A stretch of 36,860 bases of DNA from contig ADNK01002376.1 in NCBI GenBank assembly GCA_000320545.1, positions 1 to 36,860 of the forward strand, given 5' to 3'. The position numbers and the translations under genes were made by a program. The stretch comes from Bigelowiella natans CCMP2755. Its lineage: Eukaryota; Protista; Cercozoa. The notes under the pieces are model-generated. The model had not been told where the DNA came from and did not search any database. It worked only from the letters and a program-made list of their open reading frames with translations. Below are positions 1-9,246 of the stretch, in pieces (position 1 is the first letter of the stretch; each line of letters begins with the position of its first letter).

Positions 1-6
1 TACAAA

Positions 7-7
<1 letters not shown>

Positions 8-70
<63 letters not shown>
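8..70. repeat. Compound (TA)n(TG)n microsatellite, representative of many in the window
   Basis: Similar (TA)n, (CA/TG)n, (GAT)n and (CTA)n tracts occur at ~1130, 3730, 4830, 5965, 16470, 20355, 20590, 21330, 21700, 21920, 22445, 31000, 33442, 35450 and 36395, mostly in introns. Confidence 0.95.
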
Positions 71-71
<1 letters not shown>

Positions 72-129
72 AAGTACAAAACGACGACCAAGGAGGATTA
101 GGTGTTGATCCAATTCACCACTTGCTCTG

Positions 130-1740
130 CTTTTGCCAGTAAGATCAATCTTATCGCTAAAACGCTGCTGCTGCGCCGCTGCAACCACTACTACTACTAC
201 TACTACTGCTGCTGCTGCTACTGCTATTACATATCATTACCATCTCTCTTGTGCTCTCCAACTTGATTAGTACCCTGAATGTCAGTTTTGATCATGAAGG
301 CAGTGATTTGCTATGCATTCGATGATTCTCAATATGGTGGTATGTGATTCAATATATATGATAATTTTGGTGGTATAATCCAGCGTGAGCAAATGCTTAA
401 TAAAAATTAAAAGCGCAAATATACACTCCGATCAATCACGGGTCCAACTGCCCGCAGCTAGATCTTTCATGTGCAACCTTCTCGGCGCGGTAAAGATTTT
501 CAAACTGGCCAGAAATGCGATGAACAGGCATTCCCCAAAACCAACATTTCCACAATTCAAAAGTAAAGCCGCAAGGGCCTCGGTGTGTGCATATACACAA
601 CATTCTGTGGTGGTGTGTTTGGTGGGCGTGCTCAACTTGCTAAAATGGTGCGTTGTTTGATAGGAGGAGTCTCTCGGTGTGTTTTTCTGGCACCACCACC
701 ACCACCACCCATTTGAACAGGGATGCATGCCACTGGATGCCACTATCTACTTATTACCTTGGAGGTTGTGTAGGCAAGGTGCCGCATGACATGCTTCGCA
801 GATTCGGACTTTCCTGCCCCACTGTGACAAAGTGAAGAGCATTATATCAGATTCTGCCAATTGATACTCGCAACTCCCTCTCCCAGCGGGGGGGGGGTAG
901 GGCACTTGGAAGAAAACTGCATGCTATGGTCTGAGCAGATTACCTTTCTCCACATACTATCATCGACTGATTGCTCTTTGTTTTGACCTGTTTCGTTTTA
1001 ATGGAAGATGGCAAGGAAAGAGAATCACAGGTAGTCCACCTCCGCAACCATTGTTAATTTACGTATATTTATATATATGTGCAAATGTTATTAAGTATGG
1101 TTATACCATATGGCGCGCGTGCACAAACGTGTGTGTGTGTGTGTGTGCGTGTGCGTGCGCGCGCGCATGCGCTACCAACTGTCTGTACGCGTCCTCGGCA
1201 GCGTTATAAACATGGGGTTCAGCCTTTTCGTGCTGAAAACAACATCGGTGTTAGAGTAGGGAGTGGAGCAGAATCAACCATGCGTACCCTTGCTTTGCTG
1301 GAGTACTTTTCCATATGAGCCTGAGATTGGACAGAAACAGAATGGTTCAGGTCTAACTCGAAAACCGTCATGGTGGGATGGGTAGATTGTGGAGTCGCAT
1401 AAGAAGACACCTACCTGTCCGTACAGTGGAAGCAACTGATACGGGTTCAAAGCGATGAGAATTGAAGAAATTCCTGAAAAAGAACAGGATCTCTTCACGA
1501 TAACACAAAGTAAAACGATATTAGGTTCATTACCCGTATAAATTTCGTTTTTGTCGTATCTGCACTTGAGGTTGTGGACCACATTCTGCATATCCAAGTA
1601 GAGCTGTGGAAGAAGGACAAGCAGTCATTAATGGCTGTATTGTTATCATTTCAAAATATGTGGCAAATTACGAGTTCCGAAAGGTCTGCCGCCCCATCTA
1701 ATTCTGGGGGGTTTGGCGTGTAGCCTTTGGAGTCACCCAT
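130..1740 (-). CDS. Myosin heavy chain, motor-domain N-terminal part (multi-exon; continues off the window or is degenerate)
   Basis: Spliced GT-AG exons read MGDSKGYTPNPPELDGAADLSEL / LYLDMQNVVHNLKCRYDKNEIYT / GISSILIALNPYQLLPLYGQ / AHMEKYSSKAR / HEKAEPHVYNAAEDAYRQL / VKTKSNQSMIVCGES / GAGKSESAKHVMRHLAYTTSK. These give the myosin motifs (IYT, ILIALNPY, PHVY, NQSMIV) and the P-loop GESGAGKS. Exons below ~750 are uncertain. Confidence 0.88.
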
Positions 1741-3200
1741 CTTCTTCTCAAATTCCGCAATATCTACAAATTAGACAGACAGACTAATGAACGGAGCACG
1801 TGACGAAGAAAGAATGTTAATTGGTGCAACCCATCCGCTGGATTGTATGAACAAAACTAACATGGTAGTATACACATGTATATAACAGCTGGAATTGTGT
1901 AGATGGGAGATCAATTTCAATTTTGCGCGTTAACACACAAATGAAGAGGCACAGGAATCGGATGTCGATTCAATCTAGGTGGGCTGCCTACACATTCAAA
2001 ACCCTAAGGAAATCGCTTACAACAATGATTCTATTTTATGATTCTATTTTAGTATTCCATTTCTCATTTCCCCCACCCTACCTACCGATGCTTACACCAG
2101 ATTTAGAGTTGATACTCAGGGCCCAAAATTTCAGCTCAACAACAGGGAGATAACGCAGGTGTAAATTCGGTTTTAAAAAGCAGCATAATTCATCGAATAG
2201 GAAATACTTTGGGGATATTTAGTTTCTACGACCTAAATTACAAACAAATATATGAAAGAATACGTCGAAAAGTAAGCCCCCAAAAAACAACTTATTTTCT
2301 GATATTCGAATTTGGAAGACACGGCGTTTCTTTTGAAGACATTCAAATTAACAGATATGGCTTTAATGCCTCTGTTGCCTTCTAATTTTTTGGAACGACA
2401 AATCGATAGTAAGCTGATACATTTTTATTTTCACCTTTTCTCATCAGCCGCCACACTTGAAAATTCTGAAATTCGGTCTTGTTGTTGATCATTTTCTGAG
2501 GCGCAATTCTGCCTGAAAGTCATTGCTCTCTCCTTGAAAAGCCTGGGATTTTGATACCCGGAAGGCACCCTCGAGCCAAAAAATGCATTTATTACACCAA
2601 AGGAAACTATAACAATTCTAAAAGTCGCGCGCAGTACAAAAATGACCCCGACTAGATCGACCGCGAGTGAAGAAAAAAAATTATAGCTTTCATCTAGATC
2701 TAGATCTACTGCTCGTTCACATTCTCTGAGCCGAGAAGGCTGCCGTTGAGAGAGGAGAAGGATCTAGCCGACGAAACTCCAACTTGCTACCTTGCGACTA
2801 GGAGCGAAATACAGGCGGACTTGAACTAGTGACATCTGGTTTTGCCGTGATTCGCTTTTTTTTAGAGCATGTTCGAAGGTAAGCACTGACACGTGCACAT
2901 AGGGTCTGGTGTAAAAAAGATTCCTTGCTGCCTGCGACAAACGGAGTCTGATGTCGCACTCGTGTGCAGACCGTACGAGCGCCCAATCTCACAAGTCCAA
3001 AAATTACACGGAAGTGAACCATATTCGGAACATCCACCACCTGGGCAACCAAATTGTCTTGGGTGAAGTTAATATTATTAGAGTTCATCTCATGTTAGAT
3101 AGAGAATTTTCATCGAGAATACATCCAAACAACAACAATAATACGAATTCCGTTCGTGACTGTCGAGTCCGCCTCCGCTCCTCGTTCACACAACACCACG

Positions 3201-3725
3201 ATGGAGCATGATGACGATAGTTCTTCCAACAGGCAGGCCATCCTCCGCTTCCAAGAGAGTTATATCAAGCCCATTGTCGAGGTAATTATTCTTAAATCAC
3301 CACCTTGAGTCCTATGGGACCAGAATGTGAGGATCGATAAGCGCACGCCAAACCTATAGCAGCAGTCTCGGTCTCGTCGCATGTTACATTTACATACCCA
3401 AAAATGCATCGTGCTTGGTGATAGATAATTTTACACCACAGCAACTGGTACTGATTTAATCCTCGTATCCCTCTTTGCGCCTAGATCAAGTACTTGAGCC
3501 GCGCGGGGCCATCTGTACAGGAGAAAAAGGATAGGACTGCTGAATCACCACGCTCAAAACAAAGCACAAAATATTCTGCCACCACTGTCGGAGGAGGGGG
3601 AGATATACCACCTTTAGACAAAGGGCAGATGGCTCCCAGCTTACTCTTGCCAACTTCCCAAGAGGACGAGCAGCAGGTTGTTCAAACCATCGGACAGCCG
3701 TGTTATCATCCTGCCCTTCTATATG

Positions 3726-3762
<37 letters not shown>

Positions 3763-4610
3763 TTATTTATATATAAACTACACCTATAATTTTACACTAA
3801 AATTATACTGTTTTAACGTTGTCAGCCTTCACCGATACGTACAAGAGAATTCTATGAGGTGCTATCCACTTTCGGAACCAATCTTTCTTTCGAACACTCT
3901 CAAATCCTTCCTCCTCCATCCACTTCTAGGGTGATCATGTTCAAATCCGGCTACTTAATAACCGACTCAAGAAGCACAGATCAACATGGTGAGAACTAGT
4001 GACAACTTTAAAATTGCTGCGATGACATTTCAACCTCTGTTCAGGCAACCTGGGATTGTGCGTGCTGTGGATCATAAGAAGTACCGTCTTCATCTTTGAA
4101 ATCCTTATTTTCACATTATCTCACCGTTGGATTTTATCAGTACATTCCCGTACAGGGTCGAAATAACAAAGAAAGCTGATAAAAAATATCGTGGCGAAGT
4201 GTTAGATACAAAAGCAGAGTTCTTGAAGCTACAGAGGTAATGCCTGCTGCGAGCCGACACAGCGTTTTAATTTTTCTTTCACATTTATACGATTCGGCAT
4301 ACTTGATACTGGTGTCTACCCGTTTGCATTTTATTTTTTTTGGTTTTTTAGAGGATCACCAACCTTACAAAGTCGTTCATCTCACCGACCGAAGCGAGCT
4401 GCTTTTGGCGTCCCCCCACCAGAAATGCCCCCACCAGATATGAGTATTGAGCTTCCAACGGATTGCCCAAGTTTGCAAAAAATGCAGAGTGTGGAACCTA
4501 CTGCTGGCTTGCCTTCACCAATGCAGAGTGTGGTTCCTACTGGCTTGCCTTCACCTTCTCAAAAAATTGAGAGGATGCAAAGTGTAGAACCTACCATAAT
4601 TTCACGGTGA
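3201..4610 (+). CDS. Hypothetical multi-exon protein with a possible Tudor/SH3-like domain and C-terminal MQSV(E/V)PT repeats
   Basis: ATG at 3201 (MEHDDDSSSNRQAILRFQESYIKPIVE|gt) splices into IKYLSRAGPS.... Exons at ~3930-4236 join to GDHVQIRLLNNRLKKHRSTWQPGIVRAVDHKKYIPYRVEITKKADKKYRGEVLDTKAEFLKLQ, which follows a Tudor-like GD..V...W.PG.V....Y.V pattern. Confidence 0.45.
4482..4596 (+). repeat. Three imperfect coding repeats (MQSVEPT/MQSVVPT/MQSVEPT)
   Basis: atgca[g/a]agtgt..[aa/tt]cctac occurs three times; the first two copies also share tggcttgccttcacc. Confidence 0.75.
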
Positions 4611-5665
4611 CTGTGACTTCGCAAATGATGATAGACTAAGTTTCTCCTCCAAAAATATGGACTGTTGTTCTCGCCGCGCCACGCACCAGCTGTCCCACAT
4701 ACACAGCATCGTACAGCATTATCATTGAATACAAGAAAGCTCGAAAAATGAGATGACATGCTGACAAAATTAATTATGATGCGGCCTCTTGCTTGTACGT
4801 GCACATGCTAAACAAGCGGGCCACACGCACACACACACACATATACACACATACACACACACACACACACACACAAAAATAAACACGATAGCGTGATATC
4901 GTTTGCACTATAGGCACGCCACGCACTTGCATGCTGCCACTATGCGACAAAATAAATCGCATGCTTGCATGCCGTCAGTGGAGCTGCGCGGTGTGTACAT
5001 GTACTGATGTACATTTTCCTCGATGCGCTTTGACTGCTATCTTCAATTGACCGTGCATCGATGTGTGCACATCTCTAGATGTGAGCATGCACATAGCAGG
5101 TACGCTACGATGGAACAAATGCGACGTGGTTTCGGTTTCCATCGCGCAAACCCTTTACCGCTCAGCGACACGCGCAGTGTGCAAAGAGCGTCTCGTCCCG
5201 GTTTGGCAGGTTGGCTCCTGTTCAAATCGGAGGTTTTCATGCCGCCGCTCAGACAGAGGATAGGTCACACCTCACATTTCTTTTCCCCATTATCGGCGGT
5301 AGCAAATATTGCGAAAATGCGTAACATGAAAATTTGCCTACTGACGACCTACTCTAGCACTGCTGAACTAAATTGCTAGAATGACATGATGAAAATCCTA
5401 GGCACATCACATGTCTCCGTCAATGCGCCATGGAATTGCATATGATCGCAAACATGAATTAACTCATTTTTAATGAAGAGGAACAACACGCAACATGCGC
5501 AACCTCTTTGTAAGCGATAAGATTACCAAAACCCTGAATGAAATGGCATGTTCATTATGCGTACAGTAACTATGTCTACACTGAAGGCTTAAAATATTGC
5601 ACATGGCAGGCACAATTCTTGATACATTCACAAGATTTTTAGATGGAAATGTTCTAAATCCCCCA

Positions 5666-5958
5666 TCAAACGATCGCAGCAGCACTAATAGGACCCAAAA
5701 AGGGCCTGCTTCCCGCATCATTCGAGTCGATGACTGCTTCGTTCTCCGCCATCTGCAACCATCATACAAAAAAAAATATTTACTTCTGAATTTGGATCAA
5801 GTGAATGTGCAAAGATTTCATTGTAATTGAACCAAAAGGCGAAGAAACAGCACACCTCAACGGCAACAATGCGAGCCTTGCTGATGATGAGCACATCTCT
5901 ATCTGCTTTTTCCTTTTTCTTCCGCCGCCGAAAACAAGCCAGGAGCTGATTATTGCAA

Positions 5959-6035
<77 letters not shown>

Positions 6036-8115
6036 TGATCAATAACATGCTCAAGCATCACTCGTAGCGAAATGAAATACTTACAATGCAACAGCAGCAG
6101 AGCATAAGCAGGACACCAGCACAAATTAAAACGAGGGCCAGCACCTGAGTGAACACAAAATCAAAGATTGTTAGACATATTGTCAGATTTAAAGGTTGCT
6201 CTCTTCCAGGCATTAAAAAAATGTGGGAAATGAAGCCATTCAAAACTAGTAAGCTATCAGCATATATGAAGAACACACAAAATTTCTCGTCACCGGTAGT
6301 CCCCCTCCATCCCCGGTTGTATCCTCCCCCGAGAGCGTTGAATTGGTGCTGTTTGCTATCGTTGGGCTTAGTGTGGGAGCCTAGGCATGTGCGTCCACGT
6401 AAATAATGTGGGAATTAGTATGGTGAGTGTGACTTCACGATATTTTCAGAGAAAAAGATGCTCGATTTCAAAAGCTGCGTATTCTAAAAAAAAGAAGTTA
6501 CATACCGCGGTTGTTGGTGCGTCTGAGAAGTAAGCAGCGGACGGCGCTTGAGTATTAGTACTTGGCATAAATGTCGGGGTTTGTGAGAGTATCGGCGTTC
6601 TGGAAGGACCCATCGTGGGGTTCACTGTTGGAATGGGAGATGGAGGAGATGATGGACTTATAGAAGGAGCAATTGTGGGGCAGAAAGACGGAGAGGCTGT
6701 GGGTAACATCGAGGGGCTAGTTGTGGGATTAAACGATGGAGAGGAGGATGGATTCATGGAGGGAGCGGCTGTTGGTCTATAAGACGGCGACGCTGTGGGT
6801 GCCATCGAGGGGTTAATAGTCGGACTAAGCGAAGGTGAGGCTGATGAATAGGGAGCGATTGTAGGACCGAAAGACGGTGACGCTGTGGGTGTCATCGAGG
6901 GGCTAGTTGTTGGATTAAGTGATGGAGAGGAGGATGGACTAGTTGAGGGAGCGACTGTAGGACCGAAAGACGGTGACGCTGTGGGTGTCATCGAGGGGCT
7001 AGTTGTTGGATTAAGTGATGGAGAGGAGGATGGACTAGTTGAGGGAGCGACTGTAGGACCAAAAGACGGTGACGCTGTGGGTATCATCGAGGGGCTAGTT
7101 GTTGGATTAAACGATGGAGAGGAGGATGGACTAGTAGATGGTGCCAATGTTGGTGATATTGTGGGGCTGATTGTAGGGGCACAAGGATCTGTCCCAAAAT
7201 TTGGAATCTGCGAAGATGTGAGGGCGCTAGAAGTTGAGAAGTCGTTATAAGTTAGTACATTGCCGACGCACCAGCCACTGAGATCCTAGATATGAACACA
7301 ACGAACATGTAATCGACACATCTTCTATACGTCTATCGCTTATAACGAAGAGGAAGGTAATGAGAGGGTGAGAAAGATAGGGTAGAGTAGAATGTGTAGG
7401 ATAAAAGTTACGCAGCGAGAGGGTTATGTGTTTGCCTAGTGCATCCCCCCTCTCAATGATGGCATTTGATTTGCATTACCTGACTAAAGAGAGTGGCTCC
7501 GTTGAACATGTGAGCCATATGCTGGCTCGCCTCAACGTTCCAACCAGATATATCTTGATTGAATGACGAGGCCTGGTAAAACATGCTTTCCATCGTAGTG
7601 ACTGAACTCACGTCCCAGCTACCGATGGGCCCATCAAACGAAGAAGCCTGGTAGAATGTTTTGTCCATTAAAGTGACTTTGCTAGTGTTCCAGCTGGCTA
7701 TGTTGCTGCCATTGAACGCGGTCGCTCCGTAGAATGTGCCCCTCATTGACGTTACTTTGGACGTGTCCCAACTGCTCAGATCTCTGTTGAACGAGCTGGC
7801 TCCCTTAAACGTTTGGTACATGCTAGTGACCTTCGATACATCCCACCCCGAGATGTCTTCGTTAAAGGTGCTCTTGCCGTGGAACACGTCAGCTAATGAA
7901 GTCACATCGCCAGTATACCAATCGACGATGTTCCCATACTGTGCTTCAGCGCCAGCCCTATATCCGACCCAGTAGCCTACTGCTGAAACTATATTGCTAC
8001 TGGTGATGGGGTCGCAATCCACATTGCCCGTGTTGGTAGTCGTACATGCGGAACAAGAAAGGAGGCAGAGGATTGTTGTGAGTGCCTGTAGCACAGAACG
8101 CCTCTGATGGAACAT
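5666..8115 (-). CDS. DUF285/BspA-like repeat surface protein with S/P/T mucin-like stalk, single TM helix and short cytosolic tail (type I membrane protein)
   Basis: Exon 8115-7480 has a hydrophobic signal-like N-terminus and repeats of type [38 protein letters not shown]. Exon from 7285 reads [10 protein letters not shown]...IPNFG, then the P/S/T stalk. Later exons read [13 protein letters not shown]..., [20 protein letters not shown] (TM), [11 protein letters not shown] (basic stop-transfer) and [10 protein letters not shown]...AAIV* (TGA at 5666-5668). Confidence 0.85.
6640..7150 (-). repeat. Coding tandem repeat with a 96-bp / 32-aa unit, about 5 copies
   Basis: Unit [32 protein letters not shown]; the central copies are nearly identical at DNA level. 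Confidence 0.9.
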
Positions 8116-8869
8116 GTTAATACCTCCTTTCGGTTATGAGCTCCGTGGTCTCCGGACTTGTGTTATTAGTAAGCCACAATCGTTCGATTGTCGCAGGAGG
8201 TCAGATCCTTTGGATTTTAGACTAGACTACGCTTGCACGTGCTCAACAACGATGCGCGTGCCTCCCTTGGTTTCTGATTCTTTTTTTTTGGCAGATTTCA
8301 CGTAAAGATGTCCTTAACACTTAACACTGCTGGGGCACTGCGTTTCTTGTTCGTTTCCTGCGTTTCTCGTTGCTTGGAGGCATGGCGACAAGCATTTTCT
8401 CTTTGTCGCAGCTGTCATTTGAACTGCCATCTTTCGGAAAAACTACACTTTTTGCGGGAAGTGTTCGAATTGTTCGGTGATTGTGTTGGATGCAATTTCA
8501 TCCTGTGCGATGCGGTGCTGACAAGTCCTCGCAACGACTGTTGTTGAGGCTCTGCTACATGCAAATGCCTGTCTCCCATGTGGTTCTGGCGCATGCAGAT
8601 TTGATCAATGCTTCATTCATTGTTCATTGTTCATTGTTCTTTGTGGATTTCACCTAGTCGCAGAAATTCGAATTTCATCCACTCATCTCCGAATGCCATC
8701 GACCGATCAGCCTGCACTGCACAGCACGTGCTTGTTGTGACGCGGTCCTCAGCTACCCACAGCTAGCTAGTTGAACTAGCTTCACACAACACATGTGCGC
8801 ATGAATGTTTTTTGTTGCAAATGACGACGGCAATCGTTGGTTCGGGATCAACAATTTGCTAGCTAGCTA

Positions 8870-9195
8870 TGTTGCGCGTAAGGTGTTCACAGGCCGAGGC
8901 GCTACGTGCACAAGTAGGCAGGGGGGGGGGAAGGCACGTTTGCTTCCTTTTGAAGAGTTGTGTTTATTTTTATTAAAGATTATATTTTTATTAAATCGTG
9001 CACTGCGTAATCATTCGCGAAGCTTTCGCGAATGCCGCCGCACGTGGGGCAGCACACTTCCGGTGTGCTGCCATGAGTCCCGCCGGAACCCACGTGCCCA
9101 TGCTGTATTAATATCTACGTTATCTATATTCTATATCCGCGACAACCCCTTTGTTGTCGCACGTGACTTGTGCCCGCGTAGTGGTACGCGCTACA
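8870..9195 (-). repeat. 3' LTR (326 bp)
   Basis: Identical by eye to 14260-14585. Termini tgttgcgcgta / tacgcgctaca form a 10/11 inverted repeat. On the element strand there is a TATA-like tract followed later by three AATAAA motifs. Confidence 0.97.
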
Positions 9196-9203
9196 CCTCC
9201 CCC
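9196..9203 (-). promoter_or_regulatory. Polypurine tract (GGGGGAGG) abutting the 3' LTR
   Basis: The minus strand reads ...gacttGGGGGAGG|TGTAG; a further purine run (ggaaggaaggag) lies just upstream. Confidence 0.85.
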
Positions 9204-9246
9204 AAGTCACGTTGCTCCTTCCTTCCTTCCTTATTCCCTTAGACCT

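Noticed and set aside
6640-7150. Regular repeats as a possible CRISPR array
   Set aside because: They are contiguous in-frame coding repeats without unique spacers, in a eukaryotic context with no cas genes.
9066-9092. Hammerhead-like look of 'atgagtcc cgcc ggaac' in the LTR
   Set aside because: It lacks the required CUGANGA and GAAA core and is antisense to the element. The HDV-like topology on the other strand also fails (P3 far too long, no P2 partner found).
8805-9242. 145-aa ORF, and its 115-aa twin at 14243-14590, spanning the LTRs
   Set aside because: They are antisense to the element, start outside the LTR and have no recognisable motifs. Their near-identity simply reflects LTR duplication.
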